64,000 bases of DNA, from contig NC_043014.1 of NCBI RefSeq assembly GCF_006345805.1, positions 51,026,001 to 51,090,000 of the forward strand, read 5' to 3'. Positions 40,356-54,989 of this stretch are shown piece by piece (position 1 is the stretch's first letter; each line of letters begins with the position of its first letter). The translations under genes and the position numbers were made by a program. A model generated the notes under the pieces. That model had not been told where the DNA came from, searched no databases, and worked only from the letters and a program-made list of their open reading frames with translations. This DNA comes from Octopus sinensis (Eukaryota).

Positions 40356-40485
40356 GTTTTGGGCGGATGGCAATAGATACATAGATGACAATAGATACAT
40401 GAAGAGACAACTATTTTCTTCTCATTTTATGGAAGATTTTCGTCATGCTAATATTTCCGTTTCAGTCGCATATAATATATAGCGT

Positions 40486-40790
40486 ATGGCGCATGGCTCA
40501 GTGGTTACAGCGTCGAGCTTACGATTGCGAGGTTGTGAGCTCGAATCCCGGACCGGGCTGCGTGTTGTGTTCTTGAGCAAGGCACTTTATTTCACGTTCG
40601 CTCCAGTTCACTCAGCTGTAGAAATGAGTTGCAACGTCACTGGTGCCAAGCTGTATCGGCCCCTTTGTCTTTCCCTTGGATAACACTGGTGGCGTGGAGA
40701 GGGGAGGCTGGTATGCATGGGCGTGTCTAGGAGGGTAACTTTCAAGGTTCAATCCCATGGTCATTCATGACCGAAGGGGGTCTTTATGTA
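40486..40790 (+). mobile_element. tRNA-derived SINE family D
   Basis: TGGCTCAGTGG A-box, GCTCGAATCC B-box-like, then GTGTTCTTGAGCAAGGCACTT...CCAGTTCACTCAGCTGTAGAAATGAGT (CORE/V-type central domain). Confidence 0.8.
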
Positions 40791-41859
40791 GCCAACTTAT
40801 GATGAAAGCCTTTTTCATATGTTCGTTTTGACAATTTTGTCCTTTATAAGACAGATCAGTTCACCTTCCTTTATAGATGAGAGTAGGCTGTGATTTAGCT
40901 GCTATTTGTATCAAGCCATTCGAACGCCAGGTGGCTACCTATTATCTTAAGATCTTGTTTGATTGCTATTTACAATAATTTCTCGACTGATGCCATTGTT
41001 ACTGGTATGAATAACATTTTCACTTGAAATGTATTGGTTCCACTCGTTTGCGAATTTATCACAATTCGAAAATATTTGAAGTATATATATTTCCCGTAAT
41101 GAATAAATCAATGATGACGTATATTTGCTGTGCGAGTTCGAACGTAATCGATCCAAAATGTCGGTAATACAATCGACATTGTGATACATTTCGAGATTGT
41201 TCTATTCTCATTCCAACGACAATCATTATCTTATCCATTCTAACATCCTGATCATGCAATTAACCATTTTTCCAGCCTGTGAATATAAATTATTGACATG
41301 CATCTAATGAGCAACGCGTGTACAATGTTTCACTGCATATAATATGCAACAGTTATGTCAAATACAACGTTCACATGATATATTCTATTGAATTTGTATT
41401 TATAGCGCTTAACGCATACAATATCATATTGAATGATGTGTCACTGGGGATTCCGAGAACCGTATTAATTATATAGCAACAGATATATCCAGACCTATTA
41501 AATCACCCAAGGAATGTATTTGTCTTATATTCTGAGATGTTTCCTATTTTACATGTATTTCATTAAGATTTCATCATCTCCGGAAATCAATCTGTCCCTT
41601 TCATCTTTTATGGTGTCCCAGCATTGAAGAACAGTTTTCAAAGCTTTAAATTCATTCATCTTACAGATTATCTAAGAAGATGAAGTGCAATTGTTGTCAG
41701 AATTTTCAGGCTCCTTGGCGCCGTTGGGACGTAGGCTGAAAGTTATACGAAAACAGAAGTGTTGCCCGAACACTTCCAGCAGGGTGGGACTCCACTGAAG
41801 TAATCCATCGAATACTCATGAACGACGGCTTCCGACACATGTTTCGTTTCTCACTCTCT

Positions 41860-42270
41860 CATTACTTGTTTCAGTCATTTGATTGTGGCCATGATGGAGC
41901 ACCGCCTTTAGTCGAGCAAATCGGCCCCAGGACTTATTCTTTGTAAGCCTAGTACTTATTCTATCGGTTTCTTCTGCCGAACCGCCGAGTTACGGGGGAC
42001 GTAAACATGCCAGCATCGGTTGTCAAGCGATGTTGGGGGGACAAACACAGACACACAAACACACACACACATACATATATGCTACATATACATATATACT
42101 ACATATACATATATACTACGGGCTTCTTTCAGTTTCCGTCTACCAAATCCACTCACAAGGCTTTGGTCGGCCCGAGAAGACACTTGACCAAAGTGCCATG
42201 CAATGCGACTGAACCTGGAACCATGTAGTTGGTAAGCAAGCTACTTACCACACAGCCACTCCTGCGCCTA
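41860..42270 (-). mobile_element. SINE family A, full length
   Basis: Consensus match ending CAGCCACTCCTGCGCC. Confidence 0.92.
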
Positions 42271-43144
42271 TAAATTTGATTCAGAAAGCAATAGGGACGG
42301 ATTGCAAAAAGTGACCTGTAGTGCGAATAAACTTAAAACAAAACTGTTACGAAGCAAAGGCCTCCTCATCTACGCAACAATGTCGTATTTAGCATTTAGT
42401 TTCTGTTATCATCGTATCGATTTATTACCATTGCATCGATGTTTAATCGTCAAGTGGTTTGATTCGATAATGGTATAGAGGCATATGGTTCTATAGACGT
42501 TTCCCTATAGTTTGCTTCTAGCAAATTTCTCTGAAAACGTATGACCCAATTTGAGCAAAGATGTCATGCGGTAGAATCAAATGGGCAATCGTGTTTTGAA
42601 AGCGAATATCTGAACTGCAAATCAATGTCTGCGATCAAGTTCCATGTGTCTTCCGAAGCATAATTCTTCATTGCAATCAACATGGTGATTTACCCCTTTC
42701 TTTCGTTAGGCGGCAGCCATACACGGGCACCATCTTGCAGTTGTAGTCGAACGACTCGACCCTAGTAGATATAATTTTAATCTTGTATTTATTCTATCGG
42801 TCTTTTTTGCCGAACAGCTATATTACTCGGAAATAAATAGAAGCGCAGCAACACCGTTTGTCAAGCGGCGCGGGGAGATAAACATAGGCACAGACAGACA
42901 TGCGTAAATTCTTAATTACACATGCAAAGATTCTACAAGAACATAAGGCAAAGGTGTAACACACACACAAATCATTTTTCAGTTACGCGACGACACACGC
43001 GCTTTTCTCTGACAATAGTTTCTCATGACACTGGACTTTTCCGTCTGGCCAATTTCTGTCTAATCTCCATACTCGTAACGTCACATCCACTCTCTTTAAA
43101 TTTTAAACTTTCTCTAAGCGTCAATCTAAAAGAGTTAATCTAGA

Positions 43145-43425
43145 ACACAAACACGCCAGCATCGGTTGTCAAGCGATGTTTGGGGGACAAACACAGACAC
43201 ACAAACATACACACACGCGCACACACACATACACACACAGAGAAACACATTCAAACATATATACATACGACGGGCTTCTTTCAGTTTCCGTCTACCAAAT
43301 CCACTCACAAGCATTTTGTCGGCTCGAGGCTGTAGTTGAAGACACTTGCTCAAGGTGCCACGCACGGGGACTGAACCCGGAGCCATGTAGTTGGGAAGTA
43401 AGGTTCTTACTACACAGCCACTCCT
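43145..43425 (-). mobile_element. SINE family A, 5' two-thirds
   Basis: Consensus match. Confidence 0.87.
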
Positions 43426-43636
43426 TCCCCTATTCATCTATATGACAAAGTTTTCAAAATTTGGTACAACGCCATCGACTGGTGTTTATTTTATCGATGA
43501 AGATTTGATGAATGGGAAAGTCGACTTCGGCGAAATTTGAACTCGAAACGTAAAGACGGGCGAAATACCGCTATTTTCTACGGGGTGGTGACCATTCTGC
43601 CTCAAGAACAACAACAATACCACCACCACCACCACC

Positions 43637-43684
<48 letters not shown>

Positions 43685-43764
43685 ATTGTCAATAATAATG
43701 GCAGTGCAAGTTTGTGCGAACAAATGTACATATGTATAAGTATGTATGTATGTAGGTATGTATG

Positions 43765-43808
<44 letters not shown>

Positions 43809-43819
43809 CATACATGCTT

Positions 43820-43862
<43 letters not shown>

Positions 43863-43938
43863 TACATACATATATATTTATTCACATACATGCATACAAA
43901 TATGTATGTATATGTATATCTATTTCTCTATCTTTCTT

Positions 43939-43982
<44 letters not shown>

Positions 43983-43983
43983 C

Positions 43984-44085
<102 letters not shown>

Positions 44086-44842
44086 CGATCAATAATCACT
44101 CCCACTAAGAATTCTATTTCTCTGTTCGTGTCGGATTTCTAGAGAATTTTTGATATTTCTGTATGTGCAACTTCGTAATTGCGTAAAAGTGTAAATTTAA
44201 TTTACATTTTCTCCAAGACAAATATTAAACCTTTCTTTATCGAGATAAATTTGATGTTTAATGTATAATCTTCTGTCGAATAAGTTGAAAAAGGAAGAAA
44301 ATTATAACATATATAAATAAGACAACTTGGAAAATACTGATAAATTCTTGATCTTGTCTCTTTTTATTGCAGGTGAAATGTCAGTGGCTGGCATGCCATT
44401 TATTGTTTAATACACGGCTATATAAGTCTCCATAAACAAAACTGACGCCTTTGCTTTCATCCAATCTACAATGAAACATGACTCCCATTTATAATATCGT
44501 ATAAAACCCACAAGATCTATTTTCACTGCTTTCACCTCACAAAATGTCTGTTCACGAATCACTTGCGGTATTTCCATTCATCAACGTCACAGATTCAAGT
44601 TTTACAACGTTCGCCACTAATTTGCATTCAGTGATGTTTATTTTACTTCAGCGTGAATTTAATTATGCCATTAGATTGTTATGTAGATGGTATATTTGAT
44701 AAGGTCCATAACAGAACCTCGACCTCTTAAACTCTTTCATTGATGGGATATCTTCGTGGCATTTTCTCTTTGACACAATTCTTAAGCGAATTTCTAAATA
44801 AAATTGCGAGATAAAATATTTGTTTGTCAATCAATCTCCTTT

Positions 44843-44892
<50 letters not shown>

Positions 44893-44971
44893 ACTCTCAA
44901 TCTATTTATCTCCCTCCTCTCACACTCTGTGTGTGTGTATATATATGTATGTATATATATATATTATATGT

Positions 44972-45021
<50 letters not shown>

Positions 45022-45520
45022 ATACATACATAACACACCTCAAATATATATATATATATTTATACATATGCACAGAGACACACACTCACGTACGCGCACG
45101 CACACACACACACACACACACATTTATATAGTGTCTCGTGCATTTAAGTGAATTTTAAGGATTATGCAGATTTTCTCACTGCAACCAAAGCAAGACAATA
45201 TGTCTGCAAGTTAATGCTTTCCATAAATTCGCTGAATACAAACAGCTATGACTGTTAAACTAGGGGTCGCTCTTCAACCCTTAGGTTAGCAGCAGTTAGA
45301 AAGTTTCACAATCAAAGTTTTTCTGAAAGTGGTTTACCCAGGCTCCTCATAATTTATTTCCGATACATCCATCACATTTTAATGATTGCAGATTCTGATT
45401 TTTGAAAGATTTAGCAACTCTTTCTAGCAGGGTAATTTTCCTAATAGAGACATTTTCATCAGCTCGCTTCTTTACAATTATTTTAAAAGGTGATTGGATG
45501 GAAATATCTAATAAACTTAC

Positions 45521-45572
45521 AATAAAGCCATTTGACTTATCATCCCCTTTTAGTTTCACCACAAATACTGCC
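45521..45572 (-). CDS. Candidate 52 nt internal exon
   Basis: TATATTTTTGCTAG acceptor, GTAAGT donor; only open frame reads AVFVVKLKGDDKSNGFI. Confidence 0.35.
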
Positions 45573-46344
45573 CTAGCAAAAATATATATTAAACACATTG
45601 AGTGCTCATGCGTATGTTCAATGTCACATGATCACAAAATGTCGCTGATCAGCATTAATATCAAAATCTGCATTATTGTTAGTATTTTTCGTAATCACAC
45701 ATTCAAAAAATCTTTACTTCTAGATGATTATTCTCTACATAGTTAAGGAAGTATTCAAACGACTAGAGTGCCTTTCTGTCGAAGTACGCCCAAAATACAG
45801 CATGTGTGTGTGTGTGTGTGTGTGTTTGGAAAAACATTCAAGGTAGAAAATTCTAAAATAAGTTTATAAAAAACATTTCAGTACCGTTTTCGGTCATTGA
45901 GACTTTTTCACTGTAAGTATGGAAAACAAGAATATTTGCATAGTATTCAAATACAAGGGGCATTTTCCTTGTTCCTGCCTGTCTCTGTCTCTCTTGTGGG
46001 TTCGAGATGGTCGTGAATTCCTGGCAGTGAAGAAGAAGAAGAAGAAGAAGAAGAAGAAGAAGAAGAAGAAAAGAAGAAGAAGAAGAAGAAGAAGAAGAAG
46101 AGAAGAAGAAGAAGAAGAAGAAGAAGAAGAAGAAGAAGAAGAAGAATGCAGGTGTGGTATCACAGTAGTAGGATGTTAAATGGTCAAGTGCCCTGAAAGT
46201 GACTTGTTGTGAATAATAATATATAATATATATATATATATATATATTATATATTATATATATATATATTATAATATATATAATCTTAGATAAAATTAGA
46301 TATGTTTCGACCAAAGATTGGCCCAGGCCATGTCTAACTTAATA

Positions 46345-46798
46345 ACAGACGAAATACAGATTTCTTTACTACCCACATGGGGCTAAACACAGAGAGGACA
46401 AACAAGGACAGACATAGGTATTAAGTCGATTACATCGACCCCAGTGCGTAACTGGTACTTAATTTATCAACCCCGAAAGGATGAAAGGCAAAGTCGAACT
46501 CGGCGGAATTTGAACTCAGAACGTAACGGCAGACGAAATACGGCTACGCATTTCGCCCGGCGTGCTAACGTTTCTACCAGCTCGCCGCCTTCATATATTG
46601 TATATAACCGCCAGTGTAATCGATGTATCTTTGCTATAGGTCTAGAGGCAGAGAAGGCTGGAATTATCTGAATTTATGTCACATAGTAAACTCAGTAACA
46701 CGTTATTTCAAAATAATTTCAACTCAGAACGTAGCGGCAGACGAAATACGGCCACGCATTTCGCCCGGCGTGCTAACGATTCTGCCAGCTCGCCGCCT
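46345..46798 (-). mobile_element. SINE family B (46345-46590) plus head-only copy (46720-46798)
   Basis: Consensus match. Confidence 0.88.
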
Positions 46799-47754
46799 TT
46801 ATACATTCATAAATAATATCTGGAAGAATACATTGTCTATCGTGTCCCTCAATAGATTTTTAATACAGTAGTATGTGTGTGTGTGGGATATGTGAGATAT
46901 TTCATTGCAATTCGTAGTATTTCAAGTATATGCTTTAATATACACGTCTTCAGGGGAGCACTATAATTATTTGATACGATTCATTTCTCTGCAGTCTCTT
47001 ATAGTTTACGTATTCCCCGTATTTTATTATCCCCAGTGAGAAGAAATGTGATAAACTAACCACCGAGTGGTTGTTGATCTCTAAAGCTGTTATAATAGTT
47101 ATAATGCAATTAAGTTTATAGACGTGTTGCCTGTATCTTGAGAAATGCATTTCTTCTCATCGAAAGAACTTCTACGTGTGCTCCCCGCACAAAAGATTAT
47201 GGATAGCAGATTTTCTTTATGTTATACACTGCCATTGTGCATGTGACCGAGGACCACATGTGGATTTGAATTCCTATAGACGCTCCAAACATGAACTAAT
47301 CGTTGGTCGGAGCCAGCTCAACCCATTCCGGGTAAAAACCGTAGCAAGCACGAGGATTTAAGTATAGTGTACCATTTCAAAAGACAATAAAAAAAAACCT
47401 AACGGTGGGAATATTGGATAAGGTATTAAACAATTTATTGTCGTTGAAACAGAGTCGAGGTCGGCACGGAAGGAATGTATTTAACCATTGACTTGCTATA
47501 ACATGGCCTTCTTTATCGATATGTTAACTGTCATCAGCAGCATCTACAACGCCAACAATAACAATACATCCGATTTATAAGGTATCAAGAGACACACTGT
47601 ATTCGAAATAAAAGCAGCATCTGGGAAGAGAGAGCTGAAGAGAGAACAATACGGAGGACAGTAGTGCAGGAAGGAACTGCTTCGCTGGAGAGCAGCTACA
47701 GAAACCAAGAAGTTGAGAAGTGTCAGCGGCGAAAGGAAAACAATATATATGTAG

Positions 47755-47940
47755 GGAGAGTTTACGAAAAAAACAAAAGACGAAGACAGGTGGTGTACAA
47801 AACAAACAGATGTATTAGTATAACGCTCAGGAATAGAAAAGTTTTTTACGTTTCGAGCCTACGCTCTTCTACAGAAAGGGACGCAGAAAAAACAAGGAAA
47901 CAAGGAGAGAAAAAATGTGTAGTGGCTAACGATCTATCAT
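47755..47940 (-). mobile_element. Short repeat with variant minimal hammerhead-like core
   Basis: Minus 47877-47844: TTT-CTGTAGA-A-GAGC-GTAG-GCTC-GAAACGTA-AAA. Confidence 0.6.
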
Positions 47941-48744
47941 ACCGATATCATATATGCCTTATATACAGCATATATATATATATACATATATAGAGAAGGA
48001 TAGATAGAGAGATTTATAGTTAGGTAGATAGAGAAACAGCTACACAAATACATATACAATAATCCCTCGGCAATCGCAGGGTGTCACATTCCCGTTATCC
48101 TGCGGTTTGGGAAAAGAAACTAAGACCTATCTACCAGGCATGAAACATTAACAAAAAAAGAGTCCTGGAGTTGATTTCGGTGACAAGTGACTTCAAAGCA
48201 AGCGATATCGATATCCTATATACCATGTTTCAGATGGAAAGGAGTACTGGAGTACATTCATTCGACTAAACATCCTAGAAAGCCGAGCTCCAGCATGGCC
48301 GCAGTCTAATACGATAAGAGATAAGGGTGGAAGAGATTGGCAATCTCTTCTTGGAATTTCTTTCATCGCTGTGACATAATTGACAAGGAAAATCCAATCC
48401 GACGGATTCCGAACTCGAACTATCAATGAACTAACCTACACGCAGAAAGTAAACGCTAACCTCCGTTCTAATAATATTACTACTATACCTCTGCTAATAT
48501 TACGCAAAAGCTGTTTTAGAAATATTGATTTTTCAGTGTAATATATAATTTGAAACATATTTGTATTTCCTATTGACATAAGATTTCTTTTTCTTTTTTT
48601 TCTGTTTGATATTTCAAATTTGTTAATAACGTCATTTTCTCCCAAATAGTACCACACAGCCTGTCTTTCTAACACTGTATTTTCAATGATATTGTAAAAC
48701 GATTTCTAATATCTCTTGTTTTGTTTCATTTATTTATTCAGTTA

Positions 48745-49242
<498 letters not shown>

Positions 49243-49933
49243 ATAATTTCAACTATCCGCCTTCCATTGAATTTAGCAATACTTCGCATGAATTAAGAGC
49301 TTGAAACGTATCTTGTCAAAGAATCGGCAATCTCCAATTTTCCTTGACTTTAAACATCGTCATTGAATTATTTTACAAGAATAACATCCCTTTTACATCT
49401 TCTTCGCATTTTAGATTAAATTTAAACTCAAAATTTTGCCTACAGCGTAAAGAAACGTGAACAACTACAACAACAACAACAACAGCAGCAACAACTCCAA
49501 AACAGTCATCGTATATTTTCATTATACAATTCCCCCTTTTTGTTTTTTCCTTTATTAGTTTAGTGAATGCTACCAGAGGCAAACAACTTAGCTCACAATA
49601 TATACGCTTTTCATACGATATATTCTTGATAACTGTATATTGAAAAAGGAATAACAAATCTAAATTGCCACTTTACCTTGTACGACATGAGAGAGTTTGG
49701 GTTTTTTTTAGATTTGGGGTGTAACGACTGACCTAATTTGCATGACACTAGTAAAACAAAAGATGCGCCATATTACTATGCGCGTTTCTAAAATATATTG
49801 TACGGATGTGCTTACGCAGGGGTGTATAACTATGTATCGTTTTGTCTATCTATGTATCTATGTATCTATCTATATATCTATCTATCTATATATGTATTAT
49901 ATATATATATATCTATATATATATTATATATAT

Positions 49934-49990
<57 letters not shown>

Positions 49991-49992
<2 letters not shown>

Positions 49993-50428
49993 AACAAAGT
50001 CAGAATGCGATAAAATAAAATTAATTATTATCGCTGGTGATTCTAGCACAGGCCATATATTATTCATATATAAGTACATTAAAGGCGAAGTATGTACTAG
50101 ATACACAGAAGCTTGATAAATTTAGTGAAATGAAAATAAAAACTTTTACTAACTCGGTTCTTCTTAGACTGCAGTTTCGCCTATTTCATCAATAAAAATA
50201 ATATTTATTTACTCAGGTAGGCTCTTCAGTAAGATTCCTGTTATTTTGAGATCGCACTTCGATAGACACATGTGCGTCTACTGATTTGCTCTTTCTAACT
50301 AATCAGATCACTGCGCAGACGCAGAACGTACCCGACAAACTAGGGATTTCTGGTATATAGTCTAACGCTCAAAATTTATCGAGAAATATGTAAACAAAGT
50401 CAGAATGCGATAAAATAAAATTAATTAT
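49991..50428 (-). mobile_element. Retrozyme-like element: 400 bp monomer plus identical 38 bp terminal direct repeat, in (TA)n
   Basis: TAAACAAAGTCAGAATGCGATAAAATAAAATTAATTAT at 49991-50028 and 50391-50428; central HHR; no ORF. Confidence 0.78.
50162..50234 (-). ncRNA. Type I hammerhead ribozyme, fully canonical core
   Basis: Minus: TCTTA-CTGAAGA-GCCTA-[34 nt loop]-TAGGC-GAAACTGCAGTC/TAAGA. Perfect 5 bp stems I and II, palindromic stem III ACTGCAGT, predicted cleavage between 50167 and 50166. Confidence 0.88.
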
Positions 50429-50457
50429 ATATGTATATATATATGTATATATGTATG

Positions 50458-50488
<31 letters not shown>

Positions 50489-50516
50489 GTATGTATATAT
50501 ATATATAATATATATA

Positions 50517-50547
<31 letters not shown>

Positions 50548-50567
50548 GATATATATATATATTATAT

Positions 50568-50740
50568 TCAGTTAGTCCAAATATGTAAACACAACAACGC
50601 GAGGACGTGGAGCAAGTATAGTGTTATTGGACGCTCAGGAAGGAAGGAAAGATGGAGGGTATAACGTTTCGAGCGGAGCTCTTCGTCAGAAACATAGGAA
50701 AAGGAAAGATTCAAAGAAGGGAAGATGGAGAAAAAAAAAT
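50568..50740 (-). mobile_element. Short repeat with minimal hammerhead-like core
   Basis: Minus 50692-50660: TTT-CTGACGA-A-GAGC-TCC-GCTC-GAAACGTT-ATA; core intact, stem I weak. Confidence 0.62.
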
Positions 50741-50883
50741 ATATATAAGTTCACCTAATACGAAGTTTAATATATCCATTATATTAATGCATGTATATTC
50801 GAATGATACGCCTAGTGATAAACAGAACCAGGTGAAGGCACATAGCCTAGCAGTTAGAGCCTGATACTTTAATATTTCACTAA

Positions 50884-51270
50884 TCTCTGTCTATATATAT
50901 AAGGCTGAAGTTGTCTATGGCAGGTTTGGTAGCCTTCAACTAACACTATCTCCTCCGAGACCCTGGGGCGCAAGTTGACCAAAATTGAGAGTATGATAGA
51001 AGAAGGCTTGCTTTTCCTTCCGTAGGGGAAAAAATTCAAATCGGCGCATGTTAACACCAAAAATTATTTACATCAAAAGGTGCTTTTTTTCTCTGAAAAT
51101 CCCTATTTTCTATGAATTTTTGACTGTTTCGCCATATTTCGGTGTATTTCAACCAGAAAAATGTTCACTTAAAGAGAATAACAAGCTACATAGTGCGAAA
51201 TTTTACTTTTCACAAATTCCAATTCTAAAAGGTCGAAACAAACCCGAGCAACGCCGGGCGATACTGCTAG
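50884..51270 (+). mobile_element. Non-autonomous Helitron
   Basis: 5' A|TC...TCTATATATATAA; 3' GC-rich hairpin CCCGAGCAACGCCGGG followed by CTAG|T. Confidence 0.8.
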
Positions 51271-52094
51271 TATATATATAAATACATACGTTTCATGTGA
51301 ATTGTTCCTCTCTCCCTCTCAACTGTGCAATATATTTCAATATATTTCTAATAGGAAAAATTCGCTGATCTGTATCTAGCGTCTGGATATCAGCTTTCAT
51401 TTTCGTTTTCATATACTTTATGGAAAGAATGTTACAACCAGTTCACTTCCCTTTTACAGTCGTGCCATTTATTCCATATGGACGTTTCCAATTGCTCTAA
51501 TCATAATAATTCCTACATCTGCCTGAAGGATTTGTCACATACAAATGTCGAAGTCGTTTTACCGCGATAAATTGCGGTTGTTTCTTCGCCTGACTTTTAC
51601 CTTATATAATGCATGTCATCATACTCAGCTAATAACATGTCTACATTACCTGCTTATAATATAGAAACAATCACCTATAATAGAATATCTGGGCGAAATA
51701 ATATGATATTATTATAAAATTCACCTGTTATTACTTTATCATTGCGTATCCGTTATGTCTAAATCGAAAGCAGACTTCCTCAGACCAGAAATAGTCGTAT
51801 TTTAGTAACGTAATTGCATACTGACAGACAAAAGTATAAACAGTTGTAAAGCGAATGGTATAGAAATAACCAGTTGTATAAAGAGAAATAAAGGTGAAGA
51901 GACGAAGAGATACTGGGCAATCTGTGTAATGAGTGACGTAATCAACAATCAAAGAGAAAAGGCAAAACTCGTCGCATATTGATAGGTTCAATTATTGTGG
52001 AAAATGGAAAATGAAATCTATTGTTTGAATACTGTAAGAATTGTATCCTCGCTTTCTTCCATTCTCCCTCCTTCATCTTCTCTCACATCATTTA

Positions 52095-52159
52095 TCTATC
52101 TACCTATCTGTCTTCTGTCTCTCTCTCTCTCCCTATCTATCTATCTATCTATCTATCTA

Positions 52160-52211
<52 letters not shown>

Positions 52212-52232
52212 CATCCATCTATCTATCCATCC

Positions 52233-52289
<57 letters not shown>

Positions 52290-52290
52290 C

Positions 52291-52378
<88 letters not shown>
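52095..52378. repeat. (TATC)n microsatellite
   Basis: Direct reading. Confidence 0.97.
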
Positions 52379-53097
52379 ACACGATCCCTATTGATCGTTT
52401 CGTGTTTTTTTTTCCATTTTACGATCCCTTTTGATCGAAAACGTAACCCACTTTTTTTCTCCCTAAAAAGAAAAGCTCTACTTTGTAATCTGTCCCGTCT
52501 GTGTGCAGCCCTGTGCGGCTAATAATGAAACATATCTATCTACCTACCTACCTACGACTGATGAAGATTGTGCTTCTCAGAGACGCCCGCCTGGATTTGA
52601 GTAGTGTTTGTTTATTTATAATGAAATTGATGATTGTGTAACATATTTCATAAATCATTGTTCATTGTAAGTTGATGTGAGTTGGGTCGTCCATTTCATC
52701 GCAGTACTCAACTGGCATTTATTTTATCGACCCCGTAAACATTAAAAGGTGAGTCGACCTAAGCGGAATTTGAACAATGAACGTGAAGACGGATGAAAAG
52801 CCGCTAAGCATTTCTCCGACGTGTCAACGATTCTGCTAGCTCGCCACCTTAATTAATTACTCTTTTACCTGTTTTAGTCATTTGCCATGCTGGAGCACTG
52901 CATTTAGTCGAGCAAATCGACCCCAGGACTTATTCTTAGTAAGCCTAGTACCTATTCTATCGGTCTCACAACAGGCTGTTAGAAACCAAATTTACAGATT
53001 TATGATCATGAGCTAAACACCTTAACCACTAAGCCATGCACCTTCACTAAGATTTGAATAACAGGGATAAAAGGAACAATGAAAATATAAGGTTTAC

Positions 53098-53240
53098 CTT
53101 GACAGTTGAATAGAGAAGGTCAGAGGTAGTGTTTACATTGAGGGCCAAACTTATGTGTTTGTGTAGTATATTACAGACCTGTGGGTAGGAATCAACAATC
53201 AATGGCTGCACTTCTGCACACTGTTCGATTAAATGACCGA
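53098..53240 (-). CDS. Candidate internal coding exon (143 nt) of an unidentified gene
   Basis: Acceptor CATTTCTATTTTCAG, donor AAG|GTAAAC; single open frame GHLIEQCAEVQPLIVDSYPQVCNILHKHISLALNVNTTSDLLYSTVK. Confidence 0.55.
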
Positions 53241-53509
53241 CTGAAAATAGAAATGTTTTAAAATTGACAAAGATTAATGAGACCCGGAGCAGCAAGAAAA
53301 CTGCAACAAGCAACAAACTATGACTGATACAAACCTTTTATAAGAGTAATTGTATTGTATGGATGTGAGACATGCATATAGTGATTTCAAAATTTGGCAC
53401 AAGGCCAGCAACATTGGAGGAGGGGGGCAGTTGATTACATCGACACCCCACCCAAAGCTCAACTGGTACTTATTTCATCGATTCCAAAAGGATGAAAGGC
53501 AAAGTCAAC

Positions 53510-53790
53510 AGCATCATCATCATCATCATCATCATCATCGTCATCATCATCGTTTAACATCGTTTAACATCATCATCATCATCGTTTTCCATGATAGCAT
53601 GGATTGGATGGTTCGACTGGAGTCTGGGAAGCTAGGAGGCTGTGCCAGGCTCCAGTCTGATCTGGCAGTGTCTCTACAGCTGGATGCCCTTCCTAATGCC
53701 AACCACTCCGTGAGTGTAGTGGGTGCTTTTTACGTGCCACCAGCACAGGGGCCAGAGGAGGCTGACAAACGGCCATGATTGGTTGGTGCT
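53510..53790 (-). mobile_element. Retroposon 3' end with (GAT)n tail
   Basis: GGATGCCCTTCCTAATGCCAACC motif typical of RTE-related 3' ends; adjacent (CAT)n. Confidence 0.65.
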
Positions 53791-53809
53791 TTATACACGT
53801 CAGCGACAC

Positions 53810-54066
53810 GGAGACGTAACCACACCAGCATCGGTGGTCAAGCGATGTTGGGGGGGGAATACAGACACACATACACACACATACATACATATATACATAT
53901 ATACGACGGGATTCTTTCAGTTTCCGTCTACCAAATTTACTCACAAGGCTTTGGTTGGCTCGAGGCTATAGTAGGAGACACTTGCCCAAGGTGCCACGCA
54001 GTGGGACTGAACCCGGAACCATGTGGTTGGTTAGCAAGCTACTTACCACACAGCCACTCCTACGCC
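53810..54066 (-). mobile_element. SINE family A
   Basis: Consensus match. Confidence 0.9.
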
Positions 54067-54236
54067 TATCATTAATACGCCTAATGATAATAATAATTTG
54101 ATATATTGTATTAATATAACATACAGAGGTGTATCTTGCGCAGCGCATCATTTAACACCAGTAAGAACAACATAAGCATGCATCTAGGTGGGTGCTGAAA
54201 CTGTTAAATATTGAAGCTAAATATTCAAGCCATACC

Positions 54237-54650
54237 TATTTCTTTATTACCCACAAGGGGCTATACAAAGAGGGGACAAACAAAGACAGAAATAGGTATT
54301 AAGTCGATTACATGGACCCCAGTGCGTAACTGGTACTTATTTAATCAACCTCGAGAGGATGAAAGGCAAATTCGACCTCGGCAGAATTTGAACTCAAAAC
54401 ATATCGGCACACGAAATACCTATTTCTTTACTACCCACAAGGGGCTAAACATAGAGGGGACAAACAAGGACAATCACAGGTATTAAATAGATTACATTGA
54501 CCCCAGTGCGTAACTGGTACTTATTTAGTCGACCCCGAAAGGATGAAAGGCAAAGTCGACCTCCGCGGAATTTGAACTCAGAACGTAGCGGCAAACGAAA
54601 TACTGCTAAGCATTTCGCCCGTCATGCTTACGATTCTACCAGCTCGACGC
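54237..54650 (-). mobile_element. SINE family B: head plus two tandem body units
   Basis: Units start at 54237 and 54421; junction CGAAATACC|TATTTC. Confidence 0.88.
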
Positions 54651-54989
54651 GCTATTTTCAAATCATACCCCTTCATCTTATGTTCGGACATGGATAAAGT
54701 ATTTATAGCGGTAGTGTCTGAAATATTGATGGAAATGTCACGGTGGGAATGAATTTGATCCTAAGGACGACCATTCTGATCTCATCTAAGGTAAAGCAGG
54801 AAGAAAAAGCTTGAATTTATGAGTCTATAAATTTTAATAGACTCTCAACTGATTCGATCGTATTATTTGCAAGTTGACTCTACTTATGTCGTCAATGCTT
54901 TTGGAAAATTCACGAATATCTGACAGTCCCATTTCCTTCTACTTAAGTATCTTGGACTCTTTTCTTTTTTCCGATTCGGTAAATAACGA

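Noticed and set aside
45521-45572. Assignment of the candidate exons to an adhesion GPCR or Calx-beta protein
   Set aside because: Resemblance is limited to a few residues, and no GAIN or 7TM exons are found in between.
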